Positions 48,855 to 60,843 of a stretch of 64,000 bases of DNA are shown here, piece by piece (position 1 is the stretch's first letter; every line of letters begins with the position of its first letter). This stretch comes from Somniosus microcephalus. Lineage: Eukaryota. The DNA is taken from the NCBI GenBank assembly GCA_052327205.1, contig CM126223.1, positions 40,362,001 through 40,426,000 of the forward strand, given 5' to 3'. The notes under the pieces were generated by a model. It saw nothing but the letters and a program-made list of their open reading frames with translations, was not told the DNA's origin and ran no database searches. The position numbers and the translations under genes were made by a program.

Positions 48855-49875
48855 GTGGCAGGCTAGTGGGGTACCGCAGGGATCGGTCCTTGGACCCCAG
48901 CTATTCACAATATATATTAATGACCTGGACAAGGGAACTAGATGTAATATCTCCAAATTTGCAGACGACACAAAGCTGGGTGGGCGTGTGTGCTGTGAGG
49001 AGGATGCCGAGAAACTCCAGGATGATTTGGACAGGTTGGGTGATTGGGCAGAAGCATGGCAGATGCAATATAACATGGATAAATGCGAGGTTATCCACTT
49101 TGGTGGCAAAAACAGGAAGGCAGATTATTATCTGAATGGCAATAGATTGGGCGAAGGGGAAGTGCAATGAGACCTGGGTGTCCTTGTGCACCAGTCGCTG
49201 AAGGTAATCATGCAGGTGCAGCAGGCGGTTAAGAAGGCAAATGGTATGTTGGCCTTCGTAGCGAGAGGGTTTGAGTACAGGAACAAGGATGTCTTGCTGC
49301 AGTTGTACAGGGCCTTGGTGAGACCACACCTTGAGTATTGTGTGCAGTTTTGGTCGCCTTATCTGAGGAAGGATGTTCTTGCCATGGAAGGAGTTCAGCG
49401 AAGATTCACCAGGCTGATACCTGGGATGGCAGGAATGACGTATGAGGAGAGATTGGGTCGATTGGGCTTGTACTCGCTGGAGTTTAGAAGAATGAGAGGG
49501 GATCTCATTGAAACTTGTAAAATTCTGACAGGACTGCACAGACTAGATGCAGGAAGATGTTCCTGATGGTCGGGGAGTCCAGAACCAGGGGTCACAGTCT
49601 AATGATAAGGGGTAAGCCATTTAGGACAGAATTGAGGAATTTCTTCACCCAGAGAGTGGTGAACCTGTGGAATTCCCTACCACAGAAGGCAGTTCATTAA
49701 ATATATTCAAGAAGGAGTTGGATATATTTCTTAAGGCTAAAGGGATCAAGGGGTATGGGGAGAAAGCAGGGACAGGGTACTGAATTTGGATGATCAGCCA
49801 TGATCTCATTAAATGGCAGAGCAGGCTCGAGGGGCCGAATGGCCTACTCCTGCTCCTATCTTCTATGTTTCTATG
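48855..49875 (+). mobile_element. 5'-truncated CR1, RT 3' half
   Basis: [30 protein letters not shown] and CR1 tail. Confidence 0.93.
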
Positions 49876-50180
49876 GGCCATCTATTATTGTGAGGGTGCT
49901 TCCTTGTTGAGAGTTATGTGGTTGTTCTTGGTTTTACCTATCCTGATTTCTGGTCTTCAAGTTGCACAATACCACTGTAGAAATCTTGGGTAATTATTAT
50001 TTTTCTTTCATTTGTTCCTGGGATGTGGCTTGCTCATCCCAAGGTACCCTGAGAAGTTGGTGGTGGCCTTTTCCTATCGTGATTTGCTTTTGCTACTAAG
50101 TGGCTTGCTAGGCAACTTCAGAAGGCATTAAGAATCAACCACGAAGTCTGGGGCTGAAGTGATGTGTAGGCCATACCATG

Positions 50181-51150
50181 GCTGCTTTTTTGCCGGCGCT
50201 CAGCGGACCCGATTGGTGGCGGGTCAGCTGTGAAATTTAAAATGACTGGCAACGGGTCGGGAACCCGCTGTCAAAACGCACACACTGGACTTTCCCGATG
50301 TCGGGTCTGCCAGTGCTGAGCAGACCCAACAGGCAGCAGCGGGGGACCCAATTCAAATCGTTAGTGGCTTGTTTACAGCCACTTAACAATGCTTTTTTTC
50401 CCCCAGCTTTTTCACTTTCACAGGTCTCCCACTGGTTTCTTGCTGTGCCTAGACCAATGGGTCCCACTGATTGGACTAGGATGAGGATGAGTGCGAGGGG
50501 TGGCTAGCGAGATGGAGATGTGATAATGTAGATAGAGAGGGATGGGTGGAGGTGCAAGGTAAGTCGGTGTGAGTAAGAATGTGCAGGAGTAGGGTAGGGA
50601 AGGCAGAGTGATGGGGATGCAATGAGTGGCACAGCAGGATGAGGTTGAGTGTGGCTTTGCAATAATGCTTTGTGATCTACTGAGATAATTGAAAGGTTTG
50701 CGCCACTGCAGCCAGGGACTCCTGACAATATCCCTGCTTGTGCCCTCCTCTGCAATGTGCAACCAGGCTGCGTTGGTCTGCTGGGGAGGTCTCTTCCGCC
50801 CATGGGAAGGGACGAGAATCTCCCTGCGTGTTGAGTCATGGGAGAGCCAGGGTGCAGCACTGCACCTCTGTGCAGCGCTTGTCATTGTTTGCAGCACCTC
50901 AATGCTGTGGAACACTGACAGCACAAATGTCAAAGTAAATTTGAGCATGGTCCCTTTAAGGACATCGGCTAATGACGCGTCATCAAATGACGTCACCAGA
51001 CCCACTTCCTTCAACTGGCCGGGAAGCGCGCTGGGCGGGCTTAACAAGCCCGATCAGGGGGAAAGTCATGTCGGAGGCTGGGATGGAGACAGCAGCGGGG
51101 TCGGGACCCGCCACCGATGTCGCCCACCGAGGTAGGGAAAATCCCGGTCC
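50181..51150 (-). mobile_element. Harbinger-derived element carrying a degenerate Myb/SANT-like domain (about 50676-50885)
   Basis: RREILVPSHGRKRPPQQTNAAWLHIAEEGTSRDIVRSPWLQWRKPFNYLSR. It splits a SINE and has ATG on both flanks (possible TSD). The left TIR is poor. Confidence 0.7.
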
Positions 51151-51461
51151 ATGTGTGGGTGGAAGGTTCCTGTCTCTGAAGGACATTAGTAAACCATTTG
51201 GAGTTTGATGACAATCTGGCAGATTTGATGGGCATTATTTTCACTGGGGGGGTTGGAGGAGGTCACTGAGCTAGGGAGGGGTGCGGCCATGAAAGGATTT
51301 AAAACCAAGGATAAGAATTTTAAATTTGAAGTGATGTGGAAGCATGAGTCAATGTAGGTCAGTGAGAACTGTGGTGCTAGGTAATCAGGACTTGGGGAGG
51401 ATAGGATACAGGCAGAAATGTTTTGAATGAAAGAAAGCTTTACTAGTTAGTATAATGTCAG

Positions 51462-51712
51462 TAATAAAAACAGAAAATGCTGGAAATACTCAGCCGGTCA
51501 GGCAGCATCTGTGGAGAGAGAAAAGAGGTAATGTTTCAGGCCGATGACCTTTCGTTAGAAATTCGTCGATGAAATCATTGTTTTGCTGAAAGGTCATCGA
51601 CCTGAAACGTTAACTCTTTCTCTCTCCACAGATGCTGCCTGACCTGCTGCGTATTTCTGGCATTTTCTGTTTTTATTTCAGTTTTCCACCATCTGCAGCG
51701 TTTTGCTTTAGT
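51462..51712. mobile_element. Inverted pair of Penelope pLTR fragments, each with a damaged hammerhead core
   Basis: About 95-bp arms AATAAAAACAGAAAATGC...TTTCAGGCCGATGACCTTTC and GAAAGGTCATCGACCTGAAAC...GCATTTTCTGTTTTTATT. Confidence 0.82.
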
Positions 51713-52407
51713 ATATTGTCAGTGCTGTTTTTCTATGCTTTATTAATAGGGAAAATCAGGAGCGGGTGATAATTTCCACCAGCCTGCTTTGGCCTGATAT
51801 ACTATATGGGTCATCGGTCACGGACACCAAATGGGTAATGGAGATCTGAGCAGGGACAAGGCAGACCCATTGGGGGGAAAAAACAAGTACTGCTGATTCC
51901 ACCGACACAACAGTTCCTCCTTCCCTGAAATTCTGAAGCTGTCACAAGAATATGTGTGCTTGCAAGACCTCCATAATGTCTGTGACCGTGTTCTTTTCAA
52001 CAGCTTGGATATAAAGAGAATGCTTAATGAGTTACTACAGCTTTGCTTAGAAAGAACCCACAAGAAAAGTAATTGGAGAAAAATGCAGACCATAGGATGC
52101 TTTTTATTTCAAAGCAATTTTCCCTCTTCATAGACCACTCACCACCGTGTATCCTTTAATAGTCCAGAAGTTCAACAATTCTCTTCACAAGTGGCTTTAG
52201 TGCAGGCTCATGATTGACCAGCAGGGCTTTATTCAAGTGGCGGTGAGTTGAATTGTGCAGATATGTTTCTCCAGTGAGCTGGAGCACGACACAAGTAATT
52301 CGGTGCCAGTCTATCTTCAGATCCAAGTCAGAAATGTCAAATCATGTTGGGTTGCTCCCTCTGAATTATGCCAGGTCAGTGTTTTCTGATTGGTTGAATA
52401 GTGTCCA

Positions 52408-52620
52408 AAGAAAGAAAGACTTGCATTTACATATCACGTTACACGACCTCGGGTCGTTCCAAAGCACTTTACAGCCAATTAAGTACTTTTTTTGAAGGGT
52501 AATCACTGTTGCAATGTAGGAAATACGATAGCCAATTTGCACATAGCAAGGTCCCACAAACAGCAATGTGATAATGACCAGCTAATTTATTTTTTAGGTG
52601 TTGGTTGAGGGATAAATATC
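52408..52620 (-). mobile_element. SacSINE1-like SINE 3' part
   Basis: AAAGACTTGCATTTACAT...GTTGAGGGATAAATAT. Confidence 0.75.
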
Positions 52621-53584
52621 TTGTTCAGATCTGATTGAGGATATCCTTACAAAATACCCTAGCATGTGACAGGGTGCCTGTCAATTATTCCTTCAGCTTG
52701 TTGCAGCTCTAGAGAGTTTATGGCTATTGTCCAAGCCCTGACTATAATTTATAAAAGTGGAAAATCTCAAAGAATACAGTTGCTGGAACTTTAATCTTAA
52801 CTTTCTTGTACCGTCAAATTGAGGGCAAGAAGCTTGTTCTTCAGATTGACCCGTCGATCTTCTAATTCCTCAGTACAGTACAGTAGAGCCAGTTGACCAT
52901 TATTTAGTTGGTAACCATAGTGACTCCAGGGGTGCAATCCGAATATTATTCTGCCTGGGATAATGTTCAAAGTGGGATAAATTTCAAATGTTCCAAATCC
53001 AATTATACTTGTGAAAAGCAAGGATGCCATTGAAATACCTTCAGATTGCTCCACTGTTTACCTATGTTGCCTGGTGACATACAAACAAAATCAGAGACTC
53101 CCTCTGGCACAAGACCATCTGATAGCAGTACTTTGAAGGCATGAAAGCCACAGGCACAGGAGACCACATTTGGCGAGGGCTGGGGGAGGGGTAACACTGC
53201 AAAGTACATTTTGCAATGGTGTTCTTGTCAAATGCACTCTAGCAATGGCTTGGATAATGTACACAAGAGGTATCATTTACTGAAAACACCTCTTGCATTC
53301 TGTCCTCTCCAAATTTAGCATTAGTACCATTCACAGAAATTAATCCTTAAAAGTCAGGAGAGCAGATGTCTTGGATACTGAGGTAATTTTCATAACTGGG
53401 AGCTGGTCTACATCTATTCCGTGCACAAAAATCACCCATAGAATGTTGGGATCTATGGACATCCAGCAATGTGATGAGGCTTACTAATATGGTAATACTG
53501 TTGTTGGTATTTATCGGACGTGCCACAAACTTACTGTACACCAAACTTTTTGCCTTTAGTAAATGAACACAAGAAAAGGCCATT

Positions 53585-55145
53585 GTAACCTTTGTTGAAG
53601 ATGGGAGAGAAGAATAAACTAGGCAACCTATAAACCAGTTAGTCTATCGTCGGTTCTGGGCAAACTCGTAACATTCATAATTCAAGATATAATTGATGGC
53701 CATTTAGAAATGCATGGGTTAATCAGCAAAACCAGCCCTATTTTGACAAAGGCAAGTTACGTTTGACACATTGAGATTTTTTTGAAGAGGTGACTAATTG
53801 GGTAGATAAATGGAATGCAGTAGATGTATATCTAGATTTTCAGAAGGAGTTTCAATAAGGTGTCTGACGAGGCTTGTTAGAAAAACTCAGGCACATGGTG
53901 TAAGAGAAAATGTAGCAGCTTGGATAGATACTGTAGTTGAAACAAGGAGTTGGAGTAAATGGGCGATGCTCAGATTGGAGAAGGGTTGGAAGTAGTGTAC
54001 TCCAGGGGTCAGTGGTGGGTCCATTTCTGTTCTCTGTATAGATGACTTGGACTTGGTCATTGGGACCATAGTCTTGAAATTTATTGATGACACCAAAGTA
54101 GGAAGTTTGGCCAACAGTGAAGATTGTAAAAAAATCTTCAGGAAGGCATGGACAGATCGTTGGAAGATACAATTTAACATGGATAAGTGTGAGGTAATAC
54201 ATTTTGGGAGGAAAATCAAGGAATAGGAGTATTTAGTGAGATGCTGAAAGGTGTGGATGAATGGAGAAACCTAGGGGTTCAAATACATAAACTGAGAATT
54301 TCCTTGGAGTTTCTCTCGCTTCATCCCCATAACTTTGGTAAGCCCGTTTGTGTGTAAACAGTGTTTCCGCTAAACTTCTGGCAAAGTTACAGTGGTGCAG
54401 AAGGAGAAGCTTTGAGGCAATTCCCAAAATAATTCCCTGAAAATGGGGTGAAAATTAAACTTTCAGGGGCGTAAACGGGCGGTCACAGATCAGCCGCTCA
54501 TTGTACACCCCACCCGGTTTTCCATACCACTGGAGTCCGTTTCACCCGTGAGTGCAGGTAAATAAAGCCATAACAAGGTCAACAGAATTTGGGGTTTTGT
54601 AAATAGGGGTATAGAGTACAAGAGTGAAGCAGTGATGATACATTTGCACAAAACAGTGCGCAGTTTGGGTACTTCATTAAACAAATGACATTAAATAGAG
54701 CATCCGCATAGATTCACCAATGTGGTGCAAGGGTTAGGCAATTCTAGTTACGAGGAGACACTTGAGACACTGGGGCTATTTCCACAGGAATAGAGAAGGT
54801 TGAGGAGATTTAATAAAGGCTTATTTAAAAAAAATTTATGGCAGGTTCTGATCGAATGAATTAGAGAAAGACTGTTTCCCCTGGTTGGGGAGTTAGTGAC
54901 GAGTGGTCATTAATTAAAATTTGTCACTAAAAGAGTGAGGAAAGCACTTGGGTGTGGGTTGTTGGAGCCTGGAATGTTTGACACCGACCACTGCGTCTTG
55001 TAAAGGAAAATTGGATCAATATCTGAAGCAGAGGAAGATGCTGGGCTCTGGAAGAGTGCAGGGCCGTGGGATTAGTTTTGGATTTCTCCAGCAAAGATCT
55101 AGCACAGATAGGATGGTTGAATGGCCTCCTTCTGTGCTTTAAACT
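53585..55145 (+). mobile_element. Old, highly degenerate CR1 RT/3' end, interrupted by short MITE-like inserts (about 54290-54550)
   Basis: Remnants of NYKPVSL, YLDFQK, FIDDTK, DKCEVIHFG and a GAATGGCCTCCTTCTGTGCT tail. Confidence 0.8.
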
Positions 55146-57699
55146 TCTGTCGTTCGGCCATGTACCTCATTGGCAGAGGCCTGAGACCAAATCGCCAGTC
55201 TTCATTCTAAAGTGCTTGGTATTGGAGGATCTTCAAAAGAAATGATTAGGAAAACAAAGCCAACTTAAAAATCAACAATTGCATTAAGATAGTTTGATTG
55301 GATTGTTCCCGTATGCTCCTTTTTGGGCGGGGGTCGTGGAATGCAGCAATTTGGTGCACAATGGCAGTGTGGAGAAGTTCACGGTTCATCCTTTCCCACT
55401 GTCACTTGTGAATGGTGATGGGAAGGTTATGAAGCATAACAACACTTATGTTTCTATAGCACTCCTCATGTACAGACGGACATCTCCACAGGGCTTTACA
55501 GGTTGTAGGAGATACAGTGGACACCGCAGAAAGGAAAACGGGAAAACAGAAAAATTGGGCAAGGTCTGAAGACCCAGCCAAAGGGAAGGATTTTCGGGGG
55601 CCTTTTGAAAGCAGGAATGGAACTGGCAAGGCAGAGGGTGTTAGAGGGCTACAATGTGGGGGTGGGGGGGAGGACGGAAGGGGAATTCATGAAAATAACA
55701 TGTAACACAACAGTGAGACAGTGTAAGCTGTAACAATACAACCAAGAGCTAATATGGTCGAGAAGTGCAGCACATCAGTTTCCACATTATGACCGGAAAA
55801 TGGGCCAGAAAGTTTGGGATGACATCCACTGAATATATTGGTTTTCAGAAATACTTGGGGTCTATAAAGATGCCGTGGCAACATTACACACTGAAGCTGG
55901 GCCGATTTCAAGGAGTTTTGCAGTGCCGTGCGTCAGACCGCATTGTCCTGGTATTTGTGTCAATGAGCAGAGAAACCGAAGAGTTAAATAAAAAGTTGTT
56001 TTTTAAAATGTGGAGCATGTGCTGATTTCAGAGTACTTGAGCAGCATAAACTGAATAGATGACAGGTGGTCCCGGCCAATGGAAATGTTCAGTGCTGCCT
56101 CAAGAATGTCCTAAACAACTTGAATGTGAGGTCAGGTTATCTCAGAATGATTTCCGTCTTCCACAGCTGCCTGCCATATATCCTAAACTACAGATAGTTT
56201 TAAATAGCGATTGTAGCTTGGTTTAAAAAGCTGTTCTGTGTCTTGTGTGTGTGTGTCAGCAGTTTAGAAATGAGGCGGGATTTGAACTGCCATTCTTGCT
56301 GATACACGAGTACCTGAGCTATAACTAAATGTATGTTCAAGATGTTTCCTCCATTGTGTTGTTTTGTTTTCATGTAAATCTAAAACCTCCTTGTTGAGGC
56401 TTGCATCTTAAAAGGATCATTTATATGAAATGAGTCATTCAGTGCATGCTCGACAGCAAAACAAAAGGTTTTGGTTAATATTGAAAGTTGAGAATGATGC
56501 AACAAAAGCCTATTTTAAGTGTTGTTTTCTGTATAAACTTGGGATGTAAAGCGGCAACTCTTGAAAGCGCGGACTGTGAATACAAGCTGTTTCTGCTCAT
56601 GAGCATTCTTTTGTGGGCATAAAGCTCATTAGTTTGTAAAGCAGCCATTCAATGTGGCGAGGACAAACAGCTTGAAAGAGCTACAGTACTCGGTTTACCT
56701 TATTTGCTTTCATTTGTCTGCAGTATTTTTAATGAAGCATGTCATTTAATACTTTGTGGTCTAATTACCGGATTGCAGAATCTGTTGCTGATGGACAGGG
56801 TCTTAACCAGTCGACTCCTTGAGCCAGTACGTCCCATTCCGAGGAAGGACACGCCATCAATTTGCTGACCGAGCTTTACATTAGATTTACATTTTTTTTT
56901 AGCCCAAATCCTAGGGAGATTTGTGGGAAGCGATTGCCTGTTTAATTGGGAGGTAGCGGCCACAGCTTCCACTTGTTGAAAATCCTCTTAAAACTGCTTT
57001 TGGGGGAGGGATTAGAAGAACAGGTTTTTTGTTGTTTACTGAGCACTGGCACATGATTTTTTGTTCAGTGCAGTGGTACCCACTCACAATGCCTGTACTG
57101 TGGTGCAGGAGTGCGCGGTGCCAACATTTGCAATGTGCTGTGCACCCACCACGTTGCTTCTAGTACATAATGCAAAAAGAAGCTCGGGAGGAATACTGTT
57201 CCACAGAGGGACAGAATGTTAACCTCCTACTTCTGGGACCTCGATCTAAATGTAGCTGAGACCGAAGTCCCTTCTTTCCTCCCATTGAAATGTGTTTAGG
57301 AAGCTCCCGTTCAAGTTTCTTAAGTGGGCACAGCTCCACAGCCCAAATTAACATTCTCACTCTGAGAAGCCAGAAAGATGGCTGATAAGGGAAACTAAAA
57401 AGTCCCGCTGATAGTGTTTGTTCTTCTGGGGTTTGAGTTTTGACACGTTGATGCAGAGTAGAAGGAGTTGTAACCAATGCTAAGCTGGATCTGGCAACAG
57501 GTGAAAACAGTACGCTCATTTCCAATTCCCAGCATTGATATCCTTTACATTGATAAACATAAACAAATTCATTTAATACATTACATTTTTACTTACTTTT
57601 TTTTATCCACACCTTTTTTGTTTTGGCCTTCCCCTCACACCCCCCCCCCCCCCCCACTTTTTTTTTTCTCTCTCCCACATGGCAGCTGTCTCCCATTCT

Positions 57700-57955
57700 G
57701 CCAGCGCATTTCACACTTAATCTAGAGCCATCTTTTGTCTCCACTAGTCCTATCACCATCTCGTCTCGTTTTGAATACCTCTTAATGTCTCTTCTCTCTT
57801 TTTGTTCTCTCCCAGCCTGGCCTCTTAATCTATTTCATTTCCTGTGCTTCTTTAGTCTTGATAAAGGGTTCACCTGAAACGTTGACTCTATTTTCTCTCC
57901 ACGGATGTTGCCTGGCCTGCTGAGTTTTTCCAGCATTTTCTGTTGTTATTTCATC
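57700..57955 (+). mobile_element. Degenerate Penelope 3' end and pLTR
   Basis: TTGATAAAGGGTTCACCTGAAACGTTGACT..GATGTTGCCTGGCCTGCTGAG..CCAGCATTTTCTG. Confidence 0.65.
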
Positions 57956-57964
57956 CAATACCCA

Positions 57965-59170
57965 GTTTTTTTAATCATCATTCTTTGGGATGTGGGCTTC
58001 GCTGGCAAGGCCGGCATTTAATACCCATCCCTGGTGGGCCTTCTTCTTGAACTGCTTCAGTTCATGTTCAGTACACCCACAATGTGTTTAGGTAGGGAGT
58101 TCTAGGATTTTGACCCAGTGACAATGAAGGAATGGCAATACGGTATATGTCCAAGTCAGGATGTTGTGTTCCCATGCACCTGATGGCCTTGTCCTTCTAG
58201 GTGGTGTAGATCGCGGGTTTGGAAGGTGCTGCCGAAGAAGCCTTGGTGGCTGGCTGTATGCATCCTGTAGATAGTACACATTGCAGCCACAGTATGCCGA
58301 TGGTGGAGGGAGTGGATATTTACGCTGGTGCATGGGGTGCTGATTAAACAGACTGCTTTGTTATGGCTGGTGTCGAGCTTCTTAAGAAGTGTTGCAGCTG
58401 GACGCATCCAAACAAGTGGAAAGTACGACTAGCTGCAGAATACCCAGCCTATGACCTGCTCTAGTAGCCACTGCATTTATTTGGCTATTCTAGGGAGTTT
58501 CTGGTGACCCCCAAAATGTTGATGATGGAAAACATGGTGATGATAATGCCATTAAATGTCAATGGGGGATGGTTAGGCTCTCGTTGGAGATGGTTATTGC
58601 CTGGCACTCGTGTGGCACGAATGTTACTTGCAACTTATCAGACCAAGCCTGGATGTTGACCAGGTCTTGCTGCATGCAGACATGGACGATTTCATTATCT
58701 GAGGAATTGACAATGGAGCAGAACACTGCAATCATCAGTGAACTGACCTTATGATGGAGTGAACATCGTTGATGAAGCAACTGAAGATAGTTGGGCCGAG
58801 ACGCTGCCTTGAACTTCTGCAGCGATGTCCTGGGGCTGAGATGATCGGCCTCCAACAACCACAACCAGCTTCCTTTGTGCCAAGTATGACTCCAGCCACT
58901 GGAACGTTTTTCCCCTGATTCCCATTGACTTCAGTTTTACTAGGGCTCCCTGACGCCACACTCAGCCAACTGCTGCCTTGATGTCAAGGGCAGTCACTCA
59001 CCTCATCTCTGGAATTAAGCTTGTGTACATGTTTGGTCCAAAGCTGTAATGATGTCTGGAGCTGAGTGGTCCTGGCGAAACCCAACCTGAGCATCGTTGA
59101 ACAGGTTAATAGTGTGTAAGTGCCGGTTAATAGCACTGTTGATGACTCCTTCTATCACTTTGCTAGCCTC
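57965..59170 (-). mobile_element. Degenerate non-LTR retrotransposon RT and 3' end (clade not assigned; distinct from the CR1 copies)
   Basis: FRQDHSAPD, DIKAA, WRQGALVKLKSMGIRGK..WLESYL and LGPTIFSCFIND spread across frames. Confidence 0.8.
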
Positions 59171-60129
59171 CAACTTAAGAGTTTCACAGGGACACACGTT
59201 GCAACTTGATTACCCACAGTTTTACATCCATATATGCTTGTGCCCAGTTCAAAGAAAATATTTTCTCCTAATTTGTCCCTCCTATCACACCTCATGTAAA
59301 GGTGTTGACTCCTTGCTAAGGTATGGTTCCATGGGTGCTGATCACTTTCCAGTACTGATTGTCTAAGTGACCCGAATTCATGCATAGCCCTTGACCATGA
59401 GTGTCTACAGGCATTTTGACTGTGGGAGGGTATCACTACCAAGTCTGCCCTCTTTTTCAAGGTCCGTACAAGCACACTTCAAGCAGAGGTCACTGTATAG
59501 CAATCATAAGCAGGAACTTTAGCCAGTTTGCCACTGCCCAATTCAGGGGTGTTGAGACCAATTGTAGCATCATCAGCATTGCCCCAGCTGAGGTCAGCTA
59601 ACTGCATTGAAATATTTTCTCTGGAGAAAATAGAATTCCACACAGACCAAAGCAGGCAAAGAACTCTGCTATAGGGCAGAACTCTGGTGTTGCATCATAC
59701 AGTTTACACTTCGACATTAGCCAGAGTTCTGCCCTGTACTGTTTTTGGGGCACATTTTATACAGGCTAGATGCAAGGCTGGACAGCACAAAAACTTGAGA
59801 GCTTCTATTTGGTCAGCAAGACTATTTGGACAAATTAAGCAGTTGACTTCTTATAATTGTCCGTTTCATTTGGATTCCCAACTATTTTGGAAGTGATCTG
59901 TTTTGCTGGCACTTTCAGTTGAGATGTTTTAAGTTGCTACATAGCTTGGATGAGCTTGCAACGTGTATTTGGCAATTGCAACTTTCTTCTAGGATTTCGT
60001 ATTTTGTAATCGAGGCATTTGAGTGTAGTTTATAGCTGGAGTTCTACGAATTCAGTAGAGAGAACAGTTAATTAAACACGTAGCAATTTCCAGAGCAGCT
60101 CTAGGCTCACCAGACAACCACCAACCATA

Positions 60130-60830
60130 ACAACTTGCTTCTTTAACGTAAAAAAGTGTCCCAAGGCGCTTAACAATGGAGTTGTATAGGGGAATGGATG
60201 CTGAGTCATGGATGGACAGACTAAGAGGGGTGACCAAATATTTGGTTGCAAAGATGAGTATTAAATAGTTTTTTAAAGGTGGGGCGAGAGGAGGAGGTTG
60301 CGGAGATGGGGTAGAGCAAAGCTGCGGAGAAATTTGAAGACGAAGGTAAGGATTTTTAATTTAACATGTTGGGGGGACTGGGAACCAGTGTAGCTAGCAA
60401 GGATAAGAGTAATTGGCCAGTGGGACTTAGTACAGGATAAGATAATGGGCTGCTGCATTCTGCAAAAGTTGGAGTTTATAGAATATGGAGGATGCGAGGC
60501 CGGCAACGAGAGCATTCAAATAATTAATTCTAGAGGTGACCGAAGAGTTTCAGTGTAAGAGGGACTGAGGAAGTGGTGGCGGTGGGAGATGCTGTGGAGG
60601 TGGAAATAAGCAGTTTTAATAATGCACAGGGTGTGGAGATTGGATTGAACAAGATGCCAAGGCTATGCGTGGTCTGACTCAGCCTGAGCAAGTTGCTGTG
60701 GTGGAGACTGAAGTTAGTGACAAGGGAACGTAGTTTATGTTGGGGACTGATGACGGCTATCTGATGTTCAGGAAAATGTGATTCATCCATGACTTGATGT
60801 CAGACAAGATGACAAAGTTGTCTGTGGGTG
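60130..60830 (-). mobile_element. Degenerate L2 LINE 3' part
   Basis: LSDIKSWMNHIFL, HWPITLILA and KILTFVFKFL. Confidence 0.7.
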
Positions 60831-60843
60831 CAAGAGAGGTGGT

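Noticed and set aside
51921-52133. Open frame FPEILKLSQEYVCL..CDRVLF, faintly like a hAT dimerisation domain
   Set aside because: Lacks the WW and S..ER.FS hallmarks, has no TIRs, and has an upstream in-frame stop.
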